Positions 49,701 through 61,307 of a stretch of DNA of 64,000 nucleotides are shown here, piece by piece; within the stretch, counting starts at the first letter, position 1, and each line of letters starts with the position of its first letter. The position numbers were made by a program, and so were the translations under genes. The DNA comes from Heptranchias perlo. Taxonomy: Eukaryota. The stretch is taken from the NCBI RefSeq assembly GCF_035084215.1, contig NC_090333.1, positions 58,652,001-58,716,000 on the forward strand. Reading direction: 5' to 3'. The notes under the pieces are model-generated. The model was not told the DNA's origin. It saw nothing but the letters and a program-made list of their open reading frames with translations, and ran no database searches.

Positions 49701-50150
49701 TGTGTTGTCAGCAAACTTGGAAATATTACATTTGGTTCCCTCATCCAAATCATTGATATATATTGTGAATAGCTGGGGCCCAAGCACTGATCGCTGCGGT
49801 ACCCCACTAGTCACTGCCTGCCACCCCGAAAAAGACCCATTTATTCCTACTCTCTGTTTCCTGTCTGTTAACCAATTTTCAATCCATGCCAGTATATTAC
49901 CCCCCAATCCCATATGCTTTAATTTTGCACATTAACCTCTTATGTGGGACTTTATCAAAGACCTTCTGAAAATCCAAATAAACCACATCCACTGGTTCTC
50001 CCTTATCGATTCTACCAGTTACATCCTCAAGAAACTCCAATAGGTTTCCCTTCTGTCCTTTTTCAATTTCCTGCTGCACTCTCTGTATTCTGCCTGGTTT
50101 TCTATTGTATTCTGTACCTGACATTTGTATAAACCTCCTTTTTCTGATCA
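46752..50150 (-). mobile_element. Nested CR1s: an older copy (46752-48773, resuming 50048-50150) interrupted by Penelope copy D and by a second CR1 (48775-50047)
   Basis: ORFs 46837, 47307, 47783 and 48278 (older copy) and 49028, 49481 and 49632 (second copy). Direct repeat CCCTTCT at 48766 and 50048. Confidence 0.88.
48128..48311 (-). mobile_element. Palindromic Penelope-like insertion, copy D (CUGA core lost at the centre)
   Basis: TSD TCCCCTTTTTTGA (48117-48129, 48312-48324). Arms match copy C. Confidence 0.85.
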
Positions 50151-50302
50151 GATATGATCAAGCTTAGCTATGACAGTGAACACTCACTAAGCTCGTGTAC
50201 GTGAGGTGCTGGAGGTCTCCCTAAAACCGTAGGGTGGAGGGAGAGAAATGTAAAAGTCTAATGGTGTTGATCTACTAGGAACTGGTATGGATTCATACTC
50301 AC

Positions 50303-50431
50303 AGGGTCCAGTTTCATCCGAACAGTCTCCACAGTTGTTGAACCCGTTACACACTTTATCAATGTAAACCGACGAGCTAGGATCTCCACATCTGAACACG
50401 AGATAGCTCGGTAGATTGTGTGGCAAATCAC
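50303..50431 (-). CDS. LDLRAD1: LDLRAD1 exon 5
   Basis: gccAG| then SDLPHNLPSYLVFRCGDPSSSVYIDKVCNGFNNCGDCSDETGP, ending T|GTGAGT. 129 nt. Confidence 0.95.
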
Positions 50432-50515
50432 CTGGCAGGACATAGCAGGACATCAGCACAAGCCACTTAAAATGAAATTTAAATACAAAAAAACCCTACG
50501 ATAAAGATTACCTAC

Positions 50516-50653
50516 TGCACATTGCAGGATCCTCATCCGCACCATCCAAACAGCCCTCGATCCTGTTACAAACTTGAGAAGATTGCAAACAGCTGACCCT
50601 GTCATCACACAGGAATCCTGAACGATTGTTTGCAGTTATGCAAAATCTGCTCT
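50516..50653 (-). CDS. LDLRAD1: LDLRAD1 exon 4 (LDL-A module)
   Basis: ttccAG| then ESRFCITANNRSGFLCDDRVSC...CLDGADEDPAMC, ending A|GTAGGT. 138 nt. Confidence 0.95.
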
Positions 50654-51177
50654 CTGGAAAATATATATTTTGAGTTTTAACATTGTTTGCTCTTCCTCCC
50701 TCCTCCTCATCCTGCACTACAAACAGGTGGGATTTGCTTTGGTAGTTTTTCACAATTTTCAAAAAAAGAAAAAATTACCAAAAACTGTCTAACAAAACAA
50801 AGGCTAAGTGTGGGGAAGATCCTTAATTTGATGCCCAGTCTGCGCTGAGTTAGCTGATGTCATAGAAGGTAACAGTTGGGAAGCTACATTTGGCCTCAGC
50901 AGGCCAAGAAAGGGGAGGGGGAGAAAGGGTTCTGATCAATGCCTTTTTACTCCTGCTGGAAAGTGCACAAGGAAGTTGGGTGAGGGCGGGATTAGACTTG
51001 TCTGTGATGCAGCAGACAGTAGCATAGCCACTTGAGTGGCATAGGGAAAGGCTGTCCCTGCCTTTGGGACGGGACCATAGCAGCTCAGGAGAGGAAGGTG
51101 TAAACTATAGGGAAAGAAAAGATTATATAAACATCTGCTCATTTTAGCACATTTGGATAAAACGAGGTGGTGAAAGC

Positions 51178-51559
51178 CGACGCTCCTGATCTTTGGCCGC
51201 CCGGTGGGGGCGGCGGGCAGGCCGGTGGACGTCCTCGTGGGTCTGCTCCTGGGCCTGTCCAAGGTGGCTATCCACAGGTCCAGGTTAGACGCAGCCCGTG
51301 GGGGCGGTCGCTCCGACTGTCTGCCTCTCTTGCGCGGCATTCTCCGCGCTCGGGTGGCCCTGGAGAGGGAGCACAACGGTGTCTGCCGGTACGCTTGAGG
51401 CTTTCCGCGACTGGTGGGCACCGCAGGGACTGGAGTGCATCCTGGACCGATATAATAAAATTATTATTTGACACTTATTTTGGGTTTATTGATTTACTGC
51501 ACATAAAACCAACTGCACCCTAATCCTTATAAAAGGGGGGCCTAAAACACAAAAAAAAA
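51178..51559 (+). mobile_element. Tx1-like LINE 3' end with A-tail
   Basis: Encodes a LLIFG...LVGLLLGLSKVAIHRSR...RARVALE C-terminus. TSD GGTGAAAGC (51169-51177, 51560-51568). Confidence 0.78.
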
Positions 51560-52387
51560 GGTGAAAGCAAATTAGGCTGAGTAGGGGACATGAGGGCGAA
51601 GGCTTGTGTTCTGTGAGGGGGATGATTGTGTGTGTTCATAGGCACTGGGGCATGAAGTTTCTGTTAGGGCCGCAATCGGCATAAGGCACCCAGAATATGC
51701 CCGACACTGCACCAGTTTTGCCGAGGTGAAGTTACGCCCATTTTTCCGTGCAAATTCATTAGCATAAACCCGAACTTAAAATCTCCCGTGAATCGGTGCA
51801 ATCAAGCAGCGGAATCGATCGTAATCAATTTGTGAGTGGAACAGGGCATTCTCCAGCAATCACAAATAGGAGTGGGATTACCAGGAAATGAGCCATTCTT
51901 CAAATGACTGATTTAATGCTCTTGGTCTTAGTTTTTAACTGGCTTCAATTGACTGCTTTCATCTGCCCTTGGTACACAAGACCTGTGACCAGCAGGCAAT
52001 TGAAGACACACAGGTGTGTCCTGCTCTGCTGTAAATTATTAAATTTGAACTAATTTAAACTAATTACAGCAGCAGCAACAGGGAAAAAAAACAGGGTCAG
52101 GATTCAATTGGTCTCTGCAGATACAGGTTATTAACGCTCCAGAAATAGGCGCCATGCAATGAAACCCCCGAACGGGTGCAATCTGTAGAAACTCACCATG
52201 CCGACCTGGGGTGGGGACTGCTTCGGGCCAAAAGACTTTTGAATCAGGTAAAAAGATCGTGGATAGTCGGGCGTAAAGTGGTTATGGGCATCCCGCTATC
52301 GTTAACACTATTTCATCCCATTCCACCCAGATTCCGCTGATATCTGAGCGTAAATCATGCGGAAACTCCAAGCCATGTGTATCTTAC

Positions 52388-52534
52388 CTGGAGTACGTGC
52401 CGAGAGGCCAAAGAGGACAGCACACACCAGGGCAGCGACAATAACTCCCAGTATCAGCATCACAACCGCAGAGACCCAACAGCACTGCCTGGGACAACAG
52501 CAGCGAGAGTCTCTCCGGCTGCAATCGCAACAAT
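52388..52534 (-). CDS. LDLRAD1: LDLRAD1 exon 3 (Cys-rich stretch and transmembrane helix)
   Basis: ctcAG| then DCCDCSRRDSRCCCPRQCCWVSAVVMLILGVIVAALVCAVLFGLSARTP, ending G|GTAAG. 147 nt. Confidence 0.93.
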
Positions 52535-52619
52535 CTGAGGGGAGGAGGAAGAAAAACACATCAATTTACATTCTGATACAAAAACCAGCCTTCAATGAAG
52601 TGCCCGGCACATCTAAAAG

Positions 52620-52785
52620 GATGTGGAGATGCCGGTGATGGACTGGGGTTGACAATTGTAAACAATTTTACAACACCAAGTTATTTTCCACACCGTTCAC
52701 CTGAGGAAGGAGGAAGCCTCCGAAAGCTTGTGGAATTTAAAATAAATTTGTTGGACTATAACTTGGTGTTGTAAAATTGTTTACA
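52620..52785 (-). mobile_element. Penelope-like insertion, copy E (asymmetric arms), with hammerhead core at 52696-52733(+)
   Basis: TSD ACATCTAAAAGGA (52609-52621, 52783-52795). Lies in LDLRAD1 intron 2. Confidence 0.85.
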
Positions 52786-52827
52786 TCTAAAAGGAAGCAG
52801 CGTGAATTTCCCACTCGCCACCTTTAC

Positions 52828-52891
52828 CGCTCTTGCTGCTGTTCGATACCATGGACATTGTTGAACCAAAAGAAGTCACATCAAAACTTGG
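52828..52891 (-). CDS. LDLRAD1: LDLRAD1 exon 2
   Basis: tgtAG| then PSFDVTSFGSTMSMVSNSSKS, ending G|GTAAA. 64 nt; phase 0/1 fits the flanking exons. Confidence 0.75.
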
Positions 52892-52989
52892 CTACATTTT
52901 GAAGGGAAAAAGTAGGGAATGTTCGTAATAAGTTTAACCCCGCGTTGAACAGTTCAGTACTAGTGTAGGGGATCGATTGGCTCCGGTAC

Positions 52990-53028
52990 CGTGCTGATAT
53001 TTTCTGGGTAAGTTTTATTGGATCTCAT
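52990..53028 (-). CDS. LDLRAD1: LDLRAD1 exon 1
   Basis: MRSNKTYPENIST|GTAC (compare human MNKVFPQ), phase 0. The six exons sum to 666 nt (221 aa). Confidence 0.72.
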
Positions 53029-54294
53029 TCCCTTCGGTTCCTGTCGCACGACCCGAGTCTTTATTGCTGGGGAGACTTTGGTTCGCAACTGCAATCCAGC
53101 GATTTCTGTGCTTTTAATGCTAATCCGTCACTTAGTTACTAAGTAAAACACAGATAAAGAAAAATAGACGGATGTCGATTGTGTTAGGACTTCACCAATG
53201 CAAATATTGTAAATATTATCCAGCACAAATCATGAGCCTCCCGAGCCTGGCAAAAACTCCCCAGCTTTCAATCGAAATGGAACGAATTTAAATTCTCAGC
53301 AAGATTTAAACTATGATAGTGCAGAAACTGAAAGAAGCGGAATACAAATTGGTTACAGGGTAAATGTCTTTTTTTTAAAAACCTGATTTTTCATCTCATA
53401 TTTCTGTCCACTAGTTTCGTTTGGAGGCTTAAATTTAGGTTCCAAAAAGATAAAGGACTTCCCTGGGCCGGAGCATCAAGAAATGTAGTTGTAGGTCTTC
53501 CATTAGATGCGGGGAGTCTGTAGATTTCACTGAATCTACCAAGAATTTGAACTGGTTTCTGGCGAGGATCACAGTGGAGGTTACAGTCTGAATGGTCTGA
53601 TCTAGATATTTTGGATTGATTTCATGGCGACTGTTTTTATATCGACCAAACCTTCGATCACAATCATTTGTATAGTCATCCGGCCTTCAACATCTGCGGT
53701 TTGCCTAACGACCAAAGAAAGAAACAAACTTGACATTTATAAAGCCCTTTCATCTGGGGATTTCTAAATGAAGAGGAGGGAGATGATTTATTAACTACAT
53801 TATACCGGAGGGTTTATTTTACCACGACAACCGTACAATGTAACAGATACCTTGCAGTGTTAAAATGCTCCGTCTCTTCGTAGCCCAACCCTCCTCACCC
53901 CCAATTCGCGGCAGGACCACAGTCTCATTGTTTGCAATCTGGTTGTGGGTTTAAGTCCCACTGCGGAGACTTGAGCACAAAATCTAGGCGAACACTTCAG
54001 TGAAGCACTGAGGATTCACTGAAGTATACCCTTCACTTCAGTGTGGCAATACCTTGTCATCCAGAGGAATTGTAGGCTGAAAATGGTCACCAAATAATGA
54101 TTGGAAATTAACATTATTAGGATATTGCGGCTTAAATTTATTATATAATCTAGAACGGGAGAGTACATCATAAGTGTCTTGCTGTTTAAAACGTTTATAA
54201 TGCAAAGTCGAAGATTTTCTGGACAAGTGTACTTACCACTGAAGACAATGGAGTTTTATTCTGGTAGTCTGATCATTTTGAAATCAGAGAATTT

Positions 54295-57012
54295 GGTGAG
54301 GCAGCATGAGGCCTGGACTAATAATCTGGAGTCATGAGTTCAAAGCCGCCAGGGCAACTGGGAATTTAAATTCAATTAATTAAATTAAAAATCTGGAATA
54401 AAAAAAACTAGTATCAGTAGTGGTGGTCATGAAACTACTGGATTGTTGTAAAAACCCATCTGGTTCACTAATGTCCTTTAGGGAAGGAAACCTGCTGTCC
54501 TTACCCGGTCTGGCCTATGCTGTGGGTCTGGAGTCACATAATGTGGTTGATTCTTAATCGTCCTCTGAAATGGCCTAGCAAGCCACTCATTTGTACAATC
54601 CCGCTACAGAAAGTCACAAGAAGAATAAAACCGGCTAGACCACCTGGCGTCGGACCATTAGGCCCTGGATACGACAAAGGCAAACCCGGTCCAGTCGACC
54701 CTGCAAAGTCCTCCTTGCTAACATCTGGGGACTTGTGCCAAAATTGGGAGAGCTGTCCCACAGACTAGTCAAGCAATAGCCTGACATAGCCATACTCACA
54801 GAATCATACCTTTCAGCCAACATCCCAGACTCTTCCATCACCATCCCTGGGGATGTCCTGTCCCACCAGCAGGACAGACCCACCAGAGGTGGCAGTACAG
54901 TGATATACAGTCAGGAGGGAGTGGCCCTGGGAGTCCTCAACATTGGCTCTGGACCCCATGAAATCTCATGGCATCAGGTCAAACACGGGCAAGGAAACCT
55001 CCTGCTGATTACCACATACTGCCCTCCCTCAGCTGATTAATCAGTACTCCTCCATGTTGAGCACCACTTGGAGGAAGCAGTGAGGGTAGCAAGGGCACAG
55101 AATGTACTCTGGGTGGGGGACTTCAATATCCATCACCAAGAGTGGCTCAGTAGCACCACTATTGACCGAGCTGGACGAGTCCAGAAGGACATAGCTGCCA
55201 GACTGGGCCTATGGCAGGTGGTGAGCGAACCAACATGAGGGGAAAACCTACTTAAACTCGTCCTCACCAATCTACCTTTTGCAGATGCAGCTGTCCATGA
55301 CAGTATTGGTGGGAGTGACCACTGCACAGTCCTTGTGGAGACTAAGTCCCATCTTCACACTGAGGACACCATCCAACATGTTGTGTGGCACTACCACCGT
55401 GCTAAATGGAACAAATTCAGAACAGATCTAGCAGCTCTAAACTGGGCATCCATGAGGTGCTGTTGGCCATCAGCAGCAGCAGAATTGTATTCCAGCACAA
55501 TCTGTAACCTCATGGCCCGGCATATTCCTCACTCAACCATTACCAACAAGCCAGGGGATGAACCCTGGTTCAATGAGGAGTGTAGAAGAGCATGTCAGGA
55601 GCAGCACCGGGCGTACCTAAAAATGAGGTGCCAACCTGGTGAAGCTACAACACAGGACTACATGCATACTAAACAGTGGAAGCAGCATGCTATAGACAGA
55701 GCTAAGCAATTCCACAACCAACGGATCAGTCCTGCCACCTCCAGTCGTGAATGGTGGTAGACAATTAAACAACTAATGGGAGGAGGAGGCTCCATGAACA
55801 TCCCCATCCTCAATGATGGCAGAGTCCAGTACGAGTGCAAAAGACAAGCCTGAAGCATTTGCAACCATCTTCAGCCAGAAGTGCCGAGTGGATGATCCAT
55901 CTCTGCCTCCTACCGATAGCCCCACCATCACAGAAGCCAGGCTTCAGCCATTTCGATTCACTCCACGTGATATCAAGAAACGGCTGAGTGTACTGGATAC
56001 AGCAAAGGCTATGGGCCCTGACAACATCCCAGCTGTGGTGCTGAAGACTTGTGCTCCAGAACTAGCTGCGCCTCTAGCCAAGCTGTTCCAGTACAGCTAC
56101 AACACTGGCATCTACCCGACAATGTGGAAAATTGGCAAGCTATGTCCTGTCCACAAAAAAGCAGGACAGATCCAATCCGGCCAATTACCGCCCCATCAGT
56201 CTACTCTCAATCATCAGCAAAGTGATGGAAAGTGTCGTCGACAGTGCTATCAAGTGGCACTTACTCTCCAAAAACCTGCTCACCATTGCTCGGTTTGGGT
56301 TCCACCAGGACCACTCGGCTCCAGGCCTCATTACAGCCTTGGTCCAAACATGGACAACAGAGCTGAATTCCAGAGGTGAGGTGAGAGTGACTGCCCATGA
56401 CATCAAGGCAGTACTTGACCGAGTGTGGCACTAAGGAACCCCAGTAAAATTGAAGTCAATGAGAATCGAGGGGAAAACTCTCCAGTGGCTGGAGTCATAC
56501 CTAACACAAAGGAAGATGGTAACGGTTGTTGGAAGTCAATCATCTCAGCCCCAGGACATTGCTGCAGGAGTTCCTCGAGGCAGTGTCCTAGGTCCAACCA
56601 TCTTCAGCTGCTTCATCAATGACCCTCCCTCCATCATAAGGTCAGAAGTGGGGATGTTCGCTGATGATTGCACAGTGTTCAGTTCCATTCGCAACCCCTC
56701 GGATAATGAAGCAGTGCGTGCCCGCATGCAGCAAGACCTGGACGGCATCCAGGCTTGCGCTGATAAGTGGAAAGTAACATTCGTGCCAGGCAATGACCAT
56801 CTCCAACAAGAGAGAGAGTCTAACCACTTCCCCTTGACATTCAATGGTGTTACCATTGCCGAATCCCCCACCATCAACATCCTGGGGGTCACCATTGACC
56901 AGAAACTTAACTGGACCAGCCATCTAAGTACTGTGGCTACAAGAGCAGGTCAGAGGCTGGATATTCTGCGGCAAGTGACTCACCTCCTGACTCCCCAAAG
57001 CCTTTCCACCAT
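54295..57012 (+). mobile_element. Family-2 LINE: tRNA-like head, APE endonuclease and RT, 3'-truncated and degenerate, with no ORF1
   Basis: EN motifs from ~54715: NIWGL, ILTES, YCPP, VGDFN and SDH. RT ORFs at 55813, 56132 and 56450. The 5' 300 bp matches the SINEs at 30280 and 32855. Confidence 0.88.
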
Positions 57013-57167
57013 TATCTATCCTTTTGAAACTTCTGGTCTAGTTCATAATGTACACTTTTTTTTGTCAATTTTTTTCATTGGTCATCTTGCCTATGTTATC
57101 TCTGGAACTATGTTCTTCAATCCTGGCAATTTATTTGTCTTGGACCTCACCAAAGCCTTCAACATGG

Positions 57168-57774
57168 TGTCGAAACTTACACTATACCAATGCATTAACA
57201 CCCAAACCAGTAGTACAAAGAGAAACTTTATTGAGCCCAACTTGTATACAAGTGGAAGAGCACCTCAAAACAATGGTTGAAGGTACAACTTCCTCAAGTC
57301 AGCGAAACAGCTCATGTTTATACAATTCAGTAAAGAACGCCCATCTGTTACAGAATATGGGCGTACACATACATTCTTTATTGGCTCAGGTAGTTGGTCA
57401 ATCAAGTAGTGAGCCTGCCCCCTGAACATCCATAGCCATCTTATTACTTTTGCACGTAGGCCTGAGCATTCCCTTCCTCCCTACATTCCTGTCCTTGTTA
57501 TCAGTAGGGCTGAAGCTAGTCTCAAGGCCACATGGCTGTTCAAGAAACTGTATTCTTATTCTTTAGTCAGCTACACCCTTATCTTGAGGCCAGGCTATAC
57601 TAAGCACCTGTTCAACTAACTTAATTATCAACATACCAAGGCTTAAACGTAATTACACAATTGTGCTTCTATGTGTGCTGTAGCTAAACCCTATTATGTG
57701 AGTTAATATGGTCAAGTATCCCTTCATGCACTTCCACATTAATATGGTCAAGTATCCCTTCATGCACTTCCACA
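57168..57774 (-). repeat. ERV 3' LTR, with a 36-bp tandem duplication of its U3 start
   Basis: Direct repeat of 61308-61876. Minus-strand AATAAA at 57227-57232. Confidence 0.95.
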
Positions 57775-57776
57775 TT

Positions 57777-57786
57777 CCCCCCTTTT
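57777..57786 (-). other. Polypurine tract
   Basis: AAAAGGGGGG followed by AA and then TGTGG (LTR start). Confidence 0.9.
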
Positions 57787-57808
57787 GTCCTTCATAAAGG
57801 ACAATATC

Positions 57809-59201
57809 CTAGTAGAGCATTACCTTAGCTAGGCGTTCAAATTCTTCCTGCACCTCGTCTCCTCCCGTCTCTACTTGTACCATTAAATTAGTGAGCGCTA
57901 TATTTGTACCCAAATTAGACATCATAGCACAGCAACATTTAAGTAAGCAATAAGCTATAAGAATTATAACAACGAATATGACTAAACCTTGAACTAGAGA
58001 AGTCCCAATAGAACCCAGCCATCCTGTCGCCCAGCCCCAAAGAGTGAACGAAGGGGGCTGCTTAAGTTTCTCAATTTGCTTTTGGATGTGATCGGCCAAA
58101 TTAGTAATCTCTTCTGAACTATCAGGTATGTAGGTACAACATTCAGACCCAATTAGTGCGCCTGTCCCCCCTTTTTCTGCCAATAGGTAATCAAGGGCCA
58201 TACGGTTCTGTAAAGTGACCGTTCGAATGGCTAGCATCTCTGCGCTCATTTTCTTTAAGGCTTCTGCCGTATCGTTAGCAATCTCTTCCAAGATTTTGGC
58301 CATATTAATGATTTCTCTGGTGACCTTACCCATTCCCCACCAAGGGAAAGCAATGGCCCAGAACCGGTCGGTGTCAGTAATTACCCTTTTTACTCGTTGC
58401 CAGGTGGGACGTTGGGGCAGGGACAATGAGTGTCGGACAAATGGTATTACATATCCCAAGTAACATGATCCTGACCAATTTTGGGGCAACCATGGATATG
58501 CCTTGTGGCCACAAATAAAGTAAGTGCCATTGTACGCAGTCATTTCAGGAAAACTTTCTTCATGTATGAGGTCCATGGAATGTTGGCCGTCTGTGCAATG
58601 TTCCCATGTGATGCGGCTACCGTCGTTGTTTGTGGTCATATTCGCATACTGAGTGCAATTACTCCATCCTACCGTATCTCCTTCTGTAGAGTTCTTACTC
58701 AAACATATTGTTCCATTAGGTCTTGATGTATTTGTGAGGATTAAAAATGGGGATTTATGGATCCGATTATAATTGGGTTGGTACCACCCCTGAAATTGGG
58801 TTTCGCGTTTTGTTTGTATACTCCTTCCACTTTCCTCTCGTATGTACCTGATATGATCCTCCAGTAGTGCTCGCCCCCTTCCTGTATCCGTCCTTGTCAG
58901 TTCCATTTTGATTTAATACCCATTCTGCCATTTCTGGGGAAGTTAAGGGGACTGGTTTGAGGGGAATGCCTCCCTTGGAATGGATGGGGATATGAGAGCA
59001 CACCCAGCAACTGGAGATATTTAGGCGTTTTGCATAAATATACGACATATATAAGAAAGCATTTACGTGTAATTCCCTTGAAGTGCGACTGGTCCTACTT
59101 GCAGCGGGGGTTGTAGCAGGTCCTACGTTAATTCCCACCCATAGGATCAGGCATGCAAAGCCAATCATTCCCAAATGATTTAACAGCTTAGGACATGCCA
59201 T
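57809..59201 (-). pseudogene. env: ERV env with a single frameshift (~58790-58900)
   Basis: Signal peptide and CWVC in ORF 58767..59201. Furin site RVKR, fusion peptide, ISD LQNRMALDYLLAEKGGT, (G)X6CC and TM anchor in ORF 57809..58906. Confidence 0.93.
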
Positions 59202-59229
59202 GGTGCAACAGTCTCTTATGATGGTTTAA

Positions 59230-60570
59230 TTAATCAGTCTTTTCCTTCAGTTCGGCTGGTTTGCCGCCGCTGGGTTCCTTGTATGGGGACTTCTTGCAGT
59301 GGGACGTGTGTATCCACGTAAGTCGTTCCTTCACTTTCACGGCGGTGCTCGTTGTGAGGAGCACTTGATAGGGTCCTTCAAACCGGGGCTGGAGTCCGTT
59401 CTTTCACTTAAAGATGTTTATGTAGACAGTATCTCCTGGCTCGATACTGTGACAGTTCTCTCCTGTGGGTTCAAGCTGTGCTTATTTGACCTGTCGGTGA
59501 AAACTAGAAATACAGTTAGTTAACGTGACACAATACTGTAGCATGTCCTCCTCCATTGTGTGTATATCCATCTGTTTTACAGACAGGGGTGCTGAGAACA
59601 GCAGACGTTGTGGCCGTCCCATCACAATCTTATATGGTGACAATCCTGTCACCCTGCTGGTTGAGGACCTCATGACCATGAGGGCTAAGGGTAGTGCATC
59701 TACCCACTTAAGCCCTGTTTCCTCACAAAGTTTAGACATGCCGTTGTATCGCTCAACTGTACCTGATGACTGTGGGTGATAACTACAGTGAAAGTGTTGA
59801 TCAATCTGTAGTCCTTTACACAGTTCCTTTACAACAATCCCTGTAAAATGTGCCCTGTTGTCGCTTGACAACTTATGGGGTATAACTTCTCTAAGCAAAC
59901 ATTTAGCAACAGCTGCAGTATCATTCTTTCTACAAGGAAAAGCTTCAATCCATCTAGAAAACATATCAATTATTACTAATACATATTTATATCCCATACA
60001 TGGGGATAATTCAATAAAATCCATTTGCAAGTGTGTAAAGGGTCCTTCAGGACCTGGATACACAGAACGTACTGTCTTTTCAGTTTTACCAGGATTCAGA
60101 TGGTATGATGGTCGCTAATTTGTGTGGGAGCCTTGGTTAGACCTGGCGCAAACCATGTTTGATTCACATAGTCGGCCATTCCGGTCTTACCAGCATGCGT
60201 AAAAGTATGAACACATCTAGTGAGCCAGGGTAAAAGTTGGCGAGGGGCCACCATGCGGCTGTCGTGGTGGACCCACAAACCCTCCCGGTTCTTTGTACAG
60301 CTATGATTAACCCATTCCACCACTTTGTTTTCCTCTGCCCTGGACTGATGTTCAATGACATCTTTTCATGATGGGGGTACCGATTCTGGATCTTTCTCTC
60401 TGGAAACCATAAGGGAGACCAGAGGTCCTGTGTCAGAAAGTGCTGCTTGTTTTGCTGCTAGATCAGCTCTTTCATTGCCCAGAGAGACTTGGTCTCGTCC
60501 TCCGTTATGGGCTTTACATTTTACCACAGCCACCAAAACGGGTTCCATTAGTGCTAGCAAAAGATGGCGC
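59230..60570 (-). pseudogene. pol: ERV pol remnant: RNase H C-terminus and integrase
   Basis: Motifs VAVVKCKAH..GNERADLAAK, HTFTH, FTHLQMDFIEL, SSDN, YHPQSSGTVERYNG and [21 protein letters not shown], with several stops and frameshifts. Confidence 0.93.
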
Positions 60571-61283
60571 CCATGTCTTATAGTCTATACACTGAAATGA
60601 CACAATAATCAAGGCCTATCTTAACTCTATCGCAATTCTATACTGGATAATTCAGCTGATCGGACAAGACGTCATGTGTTCTCTACACCTACTTTAGGGT
60701 CCTGGCCTTCATGTGGGGTTAAAACCCTCTAAATAACCAGCTCAGGCTAGGTCTGAGAGAAACATCTGCAATTGGTTGGATCAGCTGACTTACACAAGAT
60801 TCTTGTATATTTTAATTCTACGCGACATTAACACCAGTCTGCGTTTGTCGCCACTACAGACTTGTTCAAATTACAATCTCACTCAGTTCCGAATATTAAT
60901 TTTACTCTAAACGTCTGTAACTTTGTTACCTTTTCTCTGGTGCCTCTCTAGCAGTGCCCATCTGTTGGCTCTATACAGCAGCCTCAACGTCACTAGTTAC
61001 TTTACCGGTTTCACAGATCTACTTCGCTATTGTTCTCTCAGCCCGTTACTACAACACCGCAGCTGACAATATCGAGTAATCTGACAAGTTCCTTTTTCCC
61101 CTTAGTTTTCTCGTCTATACGAAACACATTTCCTATGATCACCTTCCAATTCCTAAAGGCAAACAGAAGAATTAGTCACGTCAGTTAATGTATATGTTTA
61201 CTAATCGCAGTGCGTCCGCGGCTTGCACAGAACACCTAGTTGTAATAACAACCTATGTCCGTACTTACTGGGGATCACAAGCG

Positions 61284-61301
61284 ATCTCGGTGGAACCTCC
61301 A
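61284..61301 (-). other. Primer binding site for tRNA-Gln
   Basis: TGGAGGTTCCACCGAGAT is complementary to the 3' 18 nt of vertebrate tRNA-Gln (ATCTCGGTGGAACCTCCA). A splice donor GTAAGT follows at 61268-61263. Confidence 0.9.
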
Positions 61302-61307
61302 AGAAAC

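Noticed and set aside
51660-52370. CpG-containing segment with scattered inverted matches (possible old MITE or promoter)
   Set aside because: The symmetry is too degenerate to define termini or a TSD by eye.
53652-53900. Additional upstream LDLRAD1 exons (53652-53704 and one ending at 53851)
   Set aside because: The splice signals are plausible, but I recognise no homology, and exons 52990-53028 and 52828-52891 already give a start resembling the known N-terminus.
56450-57280. 276-aa novel RT fusion protein
   Set aside because: It is a chance read-through from the truncated LINE RT into flanking DNA and the antisense LTR.
57809-58906. Domesticated syncytin-like env gene
   Set aside because: A frameshift separates the signal peptide from the rest of env, CX6CC is mutated, and the provirus context with similar LTRs is retained.
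61284-61301. tRNA-Gln gene
   Set aside because: Only the 3' 18 nt including CCA are present, next to an LTR, so this is a PBS. The SINE heads likewise lack a full cloverleaf.
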